Part shown: piece by piece, positions 1 to 11,034 of the stretch | How the letters are laid out: each line of letters opens with the position of its first letter | Numbering within the stretch: the first letter of the stretch is position 1 | Translations under genes and position numbers: made by a program | Notes under the pieces: generated by a model | The model's input: only the letters and a program-made list of their open reading frames with translations | Database searches by the model: none | Told to the model about the DNA's origin: nothing | Origin: Octopus sinensis | Lineage: Eukaryota | Direction of reading: 5' to 3' | Assembly (NCBI RefSeq): GCF_006345805.1 | Contig: NW_021835045.1 | Span: 1-43,453 of the forward strand | DNA length: 43,453 nucleotides

Positions 1-529
1 AGGAATTTGTGTATGAATGCACGCATACATATATTACATATACATATACATAAATACATATATTTACTTCTGAGTGCATGAGTGTATGTGATTTTATATA
101 TGTGGCTATCGACCTTTCTATCTACTGCTCTCATTCTCCTTATATTTACATACACGCACGCATGTACGCGAGTGGTTATCTATATGTGTGTGTTCGTATA
201 TATGTCTGTGTGTTTGAGTGTAATAATTCACGGGTGAAATGATCACAACATTAGCTACCGACATATTGCTTAGTTTGGCTCTAACAAATATAATGAGTTT
301 TCATATATATAAAACCCACCAGACGCTACAATGAAAACTACCAATATACAAATAACTATAATGGCCAAACACAAACAGATGTCTTATTTTAGTTTGGATG
401 ACATATTAACCGTTATATTAATATAGTTATCTCGTCTGACTTTTATCCTACATACTGTTATATAAATTTCTTTCTCGGCTCTCAAATGCATACTCTCTCT
501 CTCAATCCCCATATATATATATATATAAT

Positions 530-575
<46 letters not shown>

Positions 576-844
576 TATATACACATACACATACACACAC
601 ACATATGCATTGGTCCTGAATAAATATTTTGAACAATGCAACGGAAGCACGGTCTAATGCTCTGTAGAATTCTTGAGCGCCAATATACCATTATAACTTC
701 CAGACGTAATCAACATTTGGGATTCCATTGCAGTTTTCTGCGCCTCACCTCATTTGGGACTTATACATATAACTACATACATACACACATATATACATAA
801 TACATACATACACACTCACACACGCATACACATACACAGACACG

Positions 845-894
<50 letters not shown>

Positions 895-906
895 CTCTAT
901 GCTCTC

Positions 907-1142
907 TCTTTACTCTTTTACTTGTTTCAGTCATTTGACGCGGCCATGGTGGAGCACCGACTTTAGTGGAGTAAAACGATCCCAGGACTTATTCTTTGTA
1001 AGCGAAGTACTTATTATATCGGTCTCTTTTGCCGAACCGCTAAGTTACGGGGATGTAAATACACCAGCATCGGTTGTCAAGCAATGTCGGGTGGACAAAC
1101 ACAGACACACACACACACTCACACACACACACAGACACACTA

Positions 1143-1187
<45 letters not shown>

Positions 1188-1250
1188 CATATACACATAT
1201 ACGACGGGCTTCTTTCAGTTTCCGTCTTCCAAACCCATTCACACGTGACA
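907..1250 (-). mobile_element. tRNA-derived SINE, family B (bipartite, internal (CA/TA)n linker)
   Basis: Tail CTTGTTTCAGTCATTTGACGCGGCCATGGTGGAGCACC and body GAACCGCTAAGTTACGGGG recur at 16885-17255, 22885-23185 and 37265-37355. The 5' half ACGACGGGCTTCTTTCAGTTTCCGTC follows the microsatellite. Confidence 0.85.
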
Positions 1251-1744
1251 CTGTCTAAACTTTAACTGACTAAGGGAGGGCGCGTAGCCTTGGCCCACGC
1301 ATTCTCTAAACGAGACCGACACCTGTCAATCAGCGAAGCTACTTCAGTGTCAATCTGTCTCACCTAATGGCGTTATTTTCCTGCGGGCATGTTATGACTT
1401 TCAAGCCATTTTGGGTCTCCCCGCTTCAGCCATATAGAGAAGCTGGCTTTTTGAACCGCCTCCTAAGGTGAAACGAACAGGGAGAGAAGAACATTTAAGT
1501 ACAAAGCCAGCCTGCTGAAGGCATACATCACGTGTGGTCAAACTAATCGTGCACAGACAAGAAAGCAGTTACGAATGTCCGCTATCTATACAAAGCTGTA
1601 AGGAGAGATGAGCACAAAGAAGTGTTGTGATGGAGAGGGGTATTGAAGGAGCAATATAATGTCTTTTGCATATTAGGCTTACGTAGCTGTAAACTTTTGA
1701 CGGTGTATATACACATATATCATAAAAGATTAAAGTTGAGAGTA

Positions 1745-2055
1745 AAGAACCCCCCTTCGGTCATGAATGACCATTAGATTGCATCTAACAAATTCCCTTC
1801 CGAGGCACAAACCCGGGAAAGGCTATCTATAAAAGACCAGCTGTCGCACATGCATACCAGCCTCCCCACTCTATGTCAACGATGTTATCCAAGGGAAAAT
1901 CAAACGCTGATACAGCTTGGTACCAGTGACGTGGCTACTCATTTCTACAACTGTGAAGTGTCTTGCTCAAGAACATAACACACAACCCGGTCCGGGAATC
2001 GAACTCACTACCTCATGATTGTGCGTCCGAAGCTCTAACCAATGAGCCATGCTCC
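1745..2055 (-). mobile_element. tRNA-derived SINE
   Basis: Reverse strand reads GGAGCATGGCTCATTGGTTAGAGC (A box), GAGTTCGATTCCC (B box), then GTTCTTGAGCAAGACACTTCAC, a central motif shared with the family C SINEs. Confidence 0.8.
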
Positions 2056-2474
2056 CTATAAACAACTATTGCCACACTAATATACATAAGACGAAGTTAT
2101 TGGTCATTATTTCCTAAGCTAACTTTTGTCTGGTTATCTGTCGCGGAAATACGTAATTTTAATGTACATATGAACCATTATTCATACATAAGTCTCCCAC
2201 AATATGTGCCAGAAAAATATCGAAAGTAATGTATATAATTTACAAGATATACATCATGAAAAATGTGGCTAAGAAATAAGCATTCAGTGGTAAAGTGTTT
2301 ATTTTCTATATATTTTCCGTTTTGACATCAATTACGTAGATTCGGTCTAAGTTCCAGCAGTGGATATTTAGGATATGATGTAGTGAACAAATCTAAAAAC
2401 ATAGCCACTAAGTGCCAATTATTCACGTGTCTCTCTATATATATATGCCTTCATATGTATATATATATATTATG

Positions 2475-2510
<36 letters not shown>

Positions 2511-2537
2511 CACACAGTCACTCATATATATAATGTT

Positions 2538-2594
<57 letters not shown>

Positions 2595-2688
2595 ATATCT
2601 ATTCAATCTATCGAAACTATATATATATAATATATATATATATAGATGCATATGTGTCTGACCATGTGTTTGTCTGGCTGTCTGGCTG

Positions 2689-2754
<66 letters not shown>

Positions 2755-2755
2755 G
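2538..2755. repeat. (CTAT)n microsatellite arrays with intervening (TA)n
   Basis: Directly visible tetranucleotide arrays. Confidence 0.95.
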
Positions 2756-2818
2756 ATCTACCATCTTATTTCTTCATCTCTCTCTCTTTCTCTGGCTCTG
2801 TCACTCTCTCTCTCTCTT

Positions 2819-2849
<31 letters not shown>

Positions 2850-3208
2850 GTGTATATATTTTTACCCATTCATAGTATAGACATAAAAGCATGCATAGAC
2901 ACAGATGCAGGCGTGTAAAGTGCAAAACAAAATCAAGTAACTTTTATTCGATATTGTGGAGATAAAAAAGTAACTTTTCTTGAAGTTGAAAAACTTCACA
3001 AACCGCTATTCTGATTCTCACATAACTCTTCACAAGATAATGTGAAAATAGACAAAGCGAAGACACTACACAAAACACAGGAAATCTTGAGTCACAAAAA
3101 TTCCATATTTACTCACATATACACACATAAATATAACTATTTTAGAATTAAGTTAATATATTCCTCAAACATGCCTGAGATGGCCCCTGAATTTGTATAT
3201 ATATTATA

Positions 3209-3246
<38 letters not shown>

Positions 3247-3580
3247 TATGTAAAGGCAAGGATCCAAGGATCTAAGTCTAGGTTGTTAGTAAGCTTCGAA
3301 AAGTCCTTAGAAGATATGAAAAACAAATTTCAGGAACAATAGTGTTTTATTAACGTAGAAGGTTGTAAATTGTTCCAAATCAAAGTTCCATAAGTTGAAA
3401 AATGGCGACAATGTAACCTTAATTTGAATAAGATATTTATAGCCTGGTGAGTAGCTAGCGGAGTATCCCTCATTTGGGTAATTACTACTTCTGCGGTTCC
3501 GCTGGCTAGGAAGCATATGTAGCCTAGATTTTACCTATTTCATATATATATATATAATAATATATATATTTGTATGTATG

Positions 3581-3639
<59 letters not shown>

Positions 3640-3645
<6 letters not shown>

Positions 3646-3833
3646 ATCCAATCATGAAAACACAAGAGAAAACACAACATCGCGAGGACGTGGAACAAAT
3701 ATAGTATTATTGGACGCTCAGGAAGGAAGGGAAGAAGGGGGGGTTTACATTTCGAGCGGAACTTTTCGTCAGAAGCATAGGAAAAGGAAAGATCCAGTGA
3801 AGGTAAGACGGAGGAAAAAAAAATCGCCAACGG

Positions 3834-3835
<2 letters not shown>
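3640..3835 (-). mobile_element. Short Penelope pLTR-like element in (TA)n; related to 8745-8915 and 29090-29255
   Basis: Reverse strand shares the hammerhead motif and downstream TTCCTGAGCG...TAATAC with the other two copies. (TA)n lies on both sides. Confidence 0.65.
3742..3776 (-). ncRNA. Minimal type-I hammerhead ribozyme motif (degenerate stems)
   Basis: Reverse strand GCTT-CTGACGA-AAAGTTCCGCTC-GAAA-TG-TA-AACC. The CUGANGA and GAAA core is intact; stems I and II each carry a mismatch. Confidence 0.6.
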
Positions 3836-3874
<39 letters not shown>

Positions 3875-4184
3875 GCATGCATACCTGTGTATGTGTGTGC
3901 GTGCGACTATTCGCGATACATCAGATTTTCGTGGTCATTTGTTGTATGAATTTGGCGAATACGTATAACTCATGAAATAAAACCCGTATTGGAAATGAAA
4001 TTGATACAAATAAACTTGAGAATCCTTTAAGCATGAATATTTAAAGCATTCAGCATTAACGTCAACGGCTGCTTCAATACGGGATCGCAAGTATTGATAT
4101 GCCCTAGTCAGATGATCTTTTCCGATTTAGTATATATTGTCAGTCATAGTGGACTGCATAGTGTTATGGTAATGTTGATTCACT

Positions 4185-4305
4185 TTTCCCTGGGCTATGT
4201 TAAAAATAACATGGGAAAGATAATTCTGATGTCATTAAATAAGCATTTCTCAGTAAACCACAAATACAGGAATATTTTTTATAGATAAAACTTCGTACAG
4301 CTGCT
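4185..4305 (+). mobile_element. Inverted fragment of Penelope-like element ORF
   Basis: Translates YVKNNMGKIILMSLNKHFSVNHKYRNIF and later SYSC (TCGTACAGCTGC). 4199-4241 is the reverse complement of 4313-4355 at 40/43. Confidence 0.7.
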
Positions 4306-4309
4306 AAAT

Positions 4310-5345
4310 CGTTATTTAATGACATCAGAAATTTCTTTCCTATGTTATTTTTAACTTTTAAGAAGTAATTGGGGGAGAACCTCATTGTTTCCCTATTTCT
4401 AGGCTTCATATTTTTAACTGAAGGGTTATGTGATATGTTATCTTTGAAGCCACCATTAGCTAGAGCTTTGTTATAGGAGGGAACTGTTTTATTAAAAATG
4501 TCCTTTGAAGAGGATTTGTTAGATCTCTATGTGCTGATGTTGGTTATTTGGTTTTTAACACTGTATTGTAATACTTCATGTAAAGTAAATATAACAAATG
4601 GAAAATCCTTCTAGAATCAACAAAAATTCTCAATTCACTACCAAAATTTCAAATTTCATTATCTATTTCTTGTGTCATTACCAATATTTCCTGCAAGTTT
4701 CATTGAATACCGTTCGCAACATTTTGAGTTATTTTGCATACAGACGGACAAACCAGCACCAATGAAAACATAACCTCCTTCCTTGGCGGTTCGAGTAAAA
4801 GGCAATGCTCCAGTATGGCTGCAGTCAAACGAATGATGGTGGTGACAGGTCTGCTTATATATACATGTGAGATCCTCGTTTGGGTTATGGTAAAGTTATA
4901 AGAGCGTATGTTTAAGTCTAGGGAACTACCTAAGAATCAACTTTAGACAAATAAGCAGATACAGTAATGTTGAGGTTTAATAGGCTGAGGGTTTATATGA
5001 AATTTTTCGCAAATTTATCTTGTGTATGTTCACCAAAATGCAAAATATATGCTCGTGGGTTGAGACCATAAATCTCACAGTATCTAATATATAAAGACCT
5101 AAAAAGTCACAGATGTTTGCACAATTATACGATTCCCTCAATTCATCAAACAATTGTTTAACCCATGCCATGCAGAGCCCTTTCTGAATAGAAGGATGTT
5201 TCGTGTATGTATGATAAAGTCCAGGTCAATGTCGTTAGTAATAACATATCATTTTACGAACTCAATCAACGTATCTGGAAACTATCAAGGTATCGAGAAA
5301 TAAAAATATACAATGTCAAAATGTGTAAATCACGCTCAATTCTCA
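4310..5345 (-). mobile_element. Degenerate Penelope-like retroelement (RT and linker), interrupted at about 4567-4843
   Basis: Minus-strand frames give FDIVYFY, DIDLDFIIHTRNILLFRKGSAWVK, ESYNCANICDFLGLYILDT (cf. GSYDGAEVCELVGLYIL), LNITVSAYLSKVD, DLNIRSY and KDIFNKTVPSYNKALANGGF...RFSPNYFLKVKNNIGKKFL, in the order expected for PLE proteins. Many stops and frameshifts. Confidence 0.8.
4567..4843 (-). mobile_element. Composite insert: SINE-B tail fused to an unclassified (possibly Crypton-type) repeat
   Basis: Reverse complement closely matches 9120-9415 (CCAAGGAAGGAGGTTATGTTTTCATTGG...GAAGTATTAC). The Crypton-type label is from memory of similar termini only. Confidence 0.7.
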
Positions 5346-5555
5346 TCTTTTAAATTCCTAAGCCTTTTCATGGCAGTGTTGCCATCTGGCCATTGTTGTA
5401 GTTTAGTAACCTCTCTTATTCTGATATTAATATTTCTTAGTATTTTGTTTTAGCTACGAAACTCATTTCAGTTGGTATTGTGGTTAAAATCTTACAAATG
5501 CATTTATTACGGAAATATATATTTTAATTTTTCTAAATTTAATTGTTTAATTTTT

Positions 5556-5593
5556 ACAGTTGAAAAAGTCTCAATGACTGAAACCGGTACTGA
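5556..5593 (+). ncRNA. Degenerate minimal hammerhead ribozyme motif
   Basis: ACAG-TTGAAAA-AGTC-TCAAT-GACT-GAAA-C-CG-G-TA-CTG. Stem II is 4 bp, stem III is palindromic (ACCGGT) and stem I is CAG/CTG. The core carries C3U and G8A. Confidence 0.5.
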
Positions 5594-5631
5594 AATGTTT
5601 TTTATAAAGTTATTTTAGCATTTTCTATCTT

Positions 5632-5708
<77 letters not shown>

Positions 5709-5840
5709 TACTCTTGTATATATATGTATACAAGAGTAACAACAGTAAGTCATAAATGCGAAACAAGGTGGAAAAATAGTACTCGAATATCACAGGTAGA
5801 GTAAAAAGGTTTATTATAATTTATTAGAATCTATACAAAA

Positions 5841-5879
5841 GTGTCCGACGAGCAGGAACCTGAAACTCTGAGTAGCAGA
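5841..5879 (+). ncRNA. Minimal hammerhead ribozyme motif (U4C core variant)
   Basis: GTGT-CCGACGA-GCAGGAACCT-GAAA-CTC-T-GAG-TA-GCAG. Stem III is the near-palindrome ACTC-T-GAGT; stem II is short. Confidence 0.5.
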
Positions 5880-6754
5880 TTTTGCGATATTTTTGCTGCT
5901 TTTAAATAAAGTGTGTATATATACATGTGTGTGTGTGTGTCTGTGTGTGTGTGTCTGTATGTCTGTGTATGTATGTATGTATGTATGTATGTGTGTGTGT
6001 TTGTGTTTGTACAAATATATACATACATACAGTCATACGTCCATATAAAAACTCCTCGAATGAGTCCCACATTTATCGTGATTGTTAAGTTATGCTTATA
6101 GGGATATTTAATTGCTATTTCTAATAGGCCGAATGGATGGTTGGTATTTTTCTCTCTTTTCACACATTAAGCATAACATAACATATTGAAATAACTAGGT
6201 AAAGAATTACTTCAGTAGGATAATGTCAAAGACACGATAATTAAGTAACACACTCTCCAAGTGTTGAGAGAATATATCAGAACAAGACTACACTTACACA
6301 TGTGTTAGAATATCTATATATCTATATATATATCATTTACAACATTCTGTCCCACATTTGCATTGCGGTAAATTGTTGATAAATTTCGTTTGATAATTAT
6401 GGCTTCATAGCGTTTGCTGAAAATGCAGAAAACAGATACGGCATCACCTGCTATCAGAGCGTAACACATTTGTAAGATCTGTTTTCTTTGATTTCGAAAT
6501 TTCCTACCTCAGCAATAATTATATCATAACTCACCATCCATACTTCAATGAAAGTTGGCAAGAAATTATGCTGAGTATTCTGTTATTTTTTGTCTATTTA
6601 TTTTCCTTCCTCTCTTAAAAGTAATCTTGATTAAACTTATCGCTATGACACTTATTTGAGTCCTAAATCTAATAGTATAATATTGAGATATGACGTCTGT
6701 GTTAGACATATCAATATATAAAACATACCTTGAAACAAGCGCAATTATTACTGG

Positions 6755-7570
6755 AGGGATGGCTACTTGTTTAAGAAGTCTCATTACAACCATATAGTTT
6801 CGGGTTCAGTTCTACAGCGCGCCACCTTCTGTAAGTGTATTCTGTCGAAGCCCCGAGACGGCCACTGGCCTGTGATTAAGTTTGCTTGACAAAAACTGTG
6901 GAAACCTGTCATATATACACACGCACAAACACTAATACACATTATATATATATATATATAGTCTCGTTCTGGTATGTTGGGTTTGTTTCTTCTTTGTGTA
7001 GAATTTGTGACATTTCTTCTTTATTGAGTGGAGTTTGTGTGCCATGTGTGTTCACATATATGGAGGGGCTATCAGGGTAGGGTTGCCCTCGTTTGTAGTT
7101 ACGCTCGTTCATAGGGGGTCTTCTTCAAAGTATCTGAGTGTAAAATACTGCTTATGTATGTAGGGAGAGACGGTTTCATCCCTAATAGTTAAGATGTCTG
7201 TTGTTTGAATGATATTTAATTTTTCAGTAATACGGAAACCAAAGAAATTATTCATCAACAAATGCGTAGTTGAGCACTCATTCCAAAGTTCTACATTTAC
7301 GTATGCATGTATGTATGTATGTATGTATGTATGTATGTATGTATGTATGTATGTATGTATGTATGTATGTATGTATATATATATATATACACATAGCATA
7401 TATGTATATACATAATACACACACATACACATGCATACACATATGTCCATGTGTACGTGCTTGCGTCTTTGTTTTTGTTTCCGAACGCTTGACATCCGGT
7501 ATTTTAGTCCCCATAACTGGAGCAGTACGGCAAAAGAGAACGATACAATAAGTACCAGACTCAGAAACAA
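6755..7570 (+). mobile_element. Degenerate family B SINE split at its internal microsatellite (head about 6755-6915, tail about 7470-7570)
   Basis: Head GGGTTCAGTTCTACAGCGCGCCACC...AAACCTGTCATATA and tail CAGTACGGCAAAAGAGAACGATACAATAAGTACCAG. Unrelated sequence lies between microsatellites. Confidence 0.55.
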
Positions 7571-7810
7571 CAAATAAAAGATAAAGATAAAAGATATGGT
7601 GTATCCTTCTCCTTATAATCATCATCATCATCCTCTACCACCACTACCACTTTATTCCTAGGGGTTTTACTGCTGGCCCTGACACCAAACACGGGTATTT
7701 CTGCATCCATGCATGCTTTGATGGATTCTCATCACATATGTCATTTTACCCATACATTCCTACCTACCTACCTACCTACCTACCTACCTACCTACATACA
7801 TACATACATA

Positions 7811-8039
7811 CGTCGAGCTGGCAGAATCGTTAGCACGCCGGGCGAAATGCGTAGCCGTATTTCGTCTGTCGTTACATTCTGAGTTCAAATTCCGCCGAAG
7901 TCGACTTTGCATTTCATCCTTTCGGGGTCGATAAATTAAGTACCAGTTTCGCACTGGGGTCGATGTAATCGACTTAATCCCTTTATCTGTCCTTGTTTGT
8001 CCCCTCTATGTTTAGCCCCTTGTGGGTAGTAAAGAAATA
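7811..8039 (+). mobile_element. tRNA-derived SINE, family A
   Basis: GAGCTGGCAGAATCGTTAGC...GAGTTCAAATTCC (B box)...CATCCTTTCGGGGTCGATAAATTAAGTACCAG. Near-identical to 17419-17652 and 18386-18607. Confidence 0.9.
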
Positions 8040-8158
8040 TACATACATACATACATACATACATACATACACACATACATACATACATACCTACCTACCT
8101 ACCTACATACATACATACATACATACATACCTACCTACCTACCTACCTACCTACCTAC

Positions 8159-8194
<36 letters not shown>

Positions 8195-8210
8195 CTATAT
8201 ACATACATAT

Positions 8211-8362
8211 GTAACACGCACATTACAAATGGAGTCTATTAGTGGAACAGTAAAGACTATGAATGATATTCCCCAAGTTCAAAATGTTACATTGCTTTTA
8301 TTATCTAAAATTCCAACGATAGAGCTTTGTTAGAAACCTGCTCTTTCTTTACAAGAAGACCT
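8211..8362 (+). mobile_element. 3' end of RLE-type (R4-like) LINE after (TACA)n
   Basis: TRTLQMESISGTVK matches the C-termini at 25115-25200 and 41390-41460. 3' UTR GTTAGAAACC.GCT is shared. Confidence 0.6.
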
Positions 8363-8744
8363 GAAGTATTCAAAATCGTAAGAGGAATACATAGAAAATA
8401 TGCCTAGATATCGATTATGTCCAGCTAAAATTGTACTAGCCGTTTCCGGATTTAGTAAGAGCTTTTGAGCCGTTGTTATTGACTTATTTCCACTCGGTTG
8501 AGATCTGCAGAAGCCTGACCGTATAATGTATCTTTCTTTTCCTTTATATTTCGCGTCTTTCCAGAATTTCGAGTTAATATTCTCCTTTTGTATATTTGTG
8601 AAATTCTCTGTTAATCTGCCCTCAACCAAAAGTTTATTGTTTCTTTAGTTAACTTATATTCTAGTTTGAATTTGCTCGCTTGTTGATACATATATACACA
8701 CAGATGCATATTTACTTATATATATGTATATACGCATTTTTTTT

Positions 8745-8915
8745 CTCTCCTTGTTTCCCTCCGTGTTTCTTTTCTGTGTATCTTTCTGTTGAAGAGCGTA
8801 GGCTCGAAACGTAAAAGACTTGTTTTATTTATATTCCTGAGCGACATACTAATACAATTGTTTGTTTGTATTCCACCTGCCTTCGCCTTTTGTTTATTTT
8901 CATAAAGCTTCCCGT
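8745..8915 (+). mobile_element. Short Penelope pLTR-like element in (TA)n
   Basis: Colinear with 29090-29255 (TCTCCTTGTTTC...GAAGAGCGTAGGCTC...AAAAGACT...TTCCTGAGCG...CTAATAC). Confidence 0.7.
8781..8818 (+). ncRNA. Minimal type-I hammerhead ribozyme motif (A6U core variant)
   Basis: TCTTT-CTGTTGA-A-GAGC-GTAG-GCTC-GAAA-CG-TA-AAAGA. Perfect 5-bp stem I, perfect 4-bp stem II and palindromic ACGT stem III. Confidence 0.7.
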
Positions 8916-9104
8916 TATATATACACATACACACATACACGCTAGAAGGTTGAAACTGAATGCGCATGCACAACAGAGTTCGCATTCAATCTCTACCAAT
9001 CCGCTTTACTCTGTGTGGTATAGCTTCGTTACTATGACAACAGTCCGGCCGGATACTTATTAAACAGGCCACGTATATATATATATATATATATATATAT
9101 TCTT

Positions 9105-9415
9105 TTATTCCTGTATTTGTTTAATTCATTTGACTGCAGCCATGCTGGAGCATTGTCTCTACTCGAACAATCGAATTCAGGACTTATTACCTCCACCAAG
9201 GAAGGAGGTTATGTTTTCATTGGCGTTGGTTTGTCCGTCTGTGTGCAAAATAACTCAAAATGTTGTGAACGGTATTCAATGAAACTTGCAGGAAATATTG
9301 GTAATGACACAAGAAATAGATAATGAAATTTGAAATTTTGGTAGTGATCCGAGAATTTTTGTTGATTATAGAAGGATATTTCATTTGTTATATTTACTTT
9401 ATATGAAGTATTACC
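9105..9415 (+). mobile_element. Composite: SINE-B tail fused to an unclassified (possibly Crypton-type) repeat
   Basis: TTGACTGCAGCCATGCTGGAGCATTG followed by TTATTACCTCCACCAAGGAAGGAGGTTATG. A second copy lies inverted at 4567-4843. Confidence 0.7.
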
Positions 9416-9743
9416 ATGTTACGTTCTTTGATTATCTAACTAGCAGTTCGGCAAAATGGATCGATAGAATAAGTAAAAGGCTAAAAAAAAATACTGGGGT
9501 CAACACATTCGGCTATAAATTCTTCAAGGTGGTGCCCCAGAATGGCCGTAATCTAATGCCTTAGACAAGTAAAACACACACATACACACAAATAGCCACA
9601 GGCTGTGTGATGAAAAGCTTGCTTTCCAACCACATTGTTCCGGGTTCTGTGTGGTATCTTAGGTAAGTGTCTCTTAATATAGCCTAGGGGCCGACCAAGG
9701 CATTGTGAGTAAATACGGTAGACGGAACTGAAAGAAGCCCGTC

Positions 9744-9778
<35 letters not shown>

Positions 9779-9911
9779 ATATGAGAGGTAACGGTGTGAA
9801 GAAGGTAATGCTGAGTAAGTGCTATGGACAGACTAGAGTTAAGCTCCACGTTCCGGGGTTAGTCGAATGAGGAGTCCAACGTAGGTCATATATTAGCATG
9901 CATGTATATAA

Positions 9912-10273
9912 AAAATTAACAGAATGAGTTCGAAAGTCCTTGGCTGTGAAACATTTCTGAATATTTATAAAGAGGCCTTACAGCTGTTTCCTGAATGGTA
10001 TACCTTTAAGTTTTCGGTACAGGAAACATATATATGTATACCACTCTACTTAAATAATGGAACTGCAGATACAATATCCCTGCATATCTCACGTCCGTTT
10101 TCATTCCTCCACTTTCCTCACTATTTCATATGTTCTCTAGAATATCTATTGCTGAAACATATTCTCGAACCGTTTCCGATGAAGGGATCTATAAAATATC
10201 CCAGAAACAGCTGTAAGACCTCTTTATAAATGTACTGAAATCTTTCACAGCCTTAGACTTTTATCTCATTCCG

Positions 10274-10281
<8 letters not shown>
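9912..10281. mobile_element. Foldback element with imperfect inverted arms of about 85 bp in (TA)n
   Basis: Left AAAATTAACAGAATGAG...TTTATAAAGAGGCCTTACAGCTGTTTC versus right GAAACAGCTGTAAGACCTCTTTATAAA...CTCATTCCGTTAATTTT. Confidence 0.85.
10172..10219 (+). ncRNA. Minimal type-I hammerhead ribozyme motif (U4C core variant)
   Basis: GTTT-CCGATGA-A-GGGAT-CTATAAAAT-ATCCC-A-GAAA-C-AGCT-G-TA-AGAC. Stem II is 5 bp, stem III is 2 bp with palindromic AGCT loop, and stem I is 4 bp with one G-U. Confidence 0.7.
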
Positions 10282-10312
<31 letters not shown>

Positions 10313-10816
10313 TGTGTGTCTGTGTTTGTCTCCCCTGTATCAATTGCCAACCGATGTTGGCGTTTTTACGTCCCTGTAATATAATGGTTCGGCATAAGAG
10401 ACGGATAAAATGAGTACTAGGCTTACACGTAATAAGTATTGCGGTCGGATTTCTTCGACTAAAAGTGGTGATCCAGTGTGGCCGCACTCAAATTATTGAA
10501 ACAAATAAAACAATAAGAGAATAAAAGAATATATAAACGAACATAGATAAAAACGCACAGTAACACTAAGAGACTTATTGTAATCTTCTTAGACAAATTC
10601 AAGAGACAAAAATAGGTGTAACGGTTTATTTACGTATTCCATTGCAAACTATATCTTTGTAACTTAAATATAACAGGTTTCATCCATTCAGATGTGGATT
10701 TATCGAATGTGCATTTATGACTACATACACTCACACACATAAACACATACACGCTTAGGTACACACACATGCACAAGCATACCCATATATATGTTTCTGT
10801 CTTTCTGTGTACGCAT

Positions 10817-11030
10817 GTGTGCCTGGGTTTATCATTTGTTTCATCATTAAACAAATAATTCTTATATTTACTTAAGTTTAAGTATATTCTAGATACACTG
10901 TTATTAATTTCTAGTATTTTTTGTGTGCGTGGGTTTATCATTTCTTTCATCACAAAACAAACGATTTTTATATTTACTTAAGTTTTAAGTATATTCCAAG
11001 TACACCGTTATTAATTTCTAGTATTTTTTT
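10817..11030 (+). repeat. Diverged tandem duplication, unit about 107 bp
   Basis: 10817-10922 and 10923-11030 both read GTGTGC.TGGGTTTATCATTT...TTATTAATTTCTAGTATTTTTT. Confidence 0.85.
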
Positions 11031-11034
11031 ATGT

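Larger units (their letters stand above)
9598..10520 (+). mobile_element. Family B SINE split at its (TA)n linker (head 9598-9745, tail about 10310-10520)
   Basis: Head GGCTGTGTGATGAAAAGCTTGC...GACGGAACTGAAAGAAGCCCGTCG and tail GGTTCGGCATAAGAGACGGATAAAATGAGTACTAGG. Confidence 0.65.

Noticed and set aside
6960-7290. Insert within the split SINE as a Penelope fragment
   Set aside because: The translation gives no motif I can assign with confidence.
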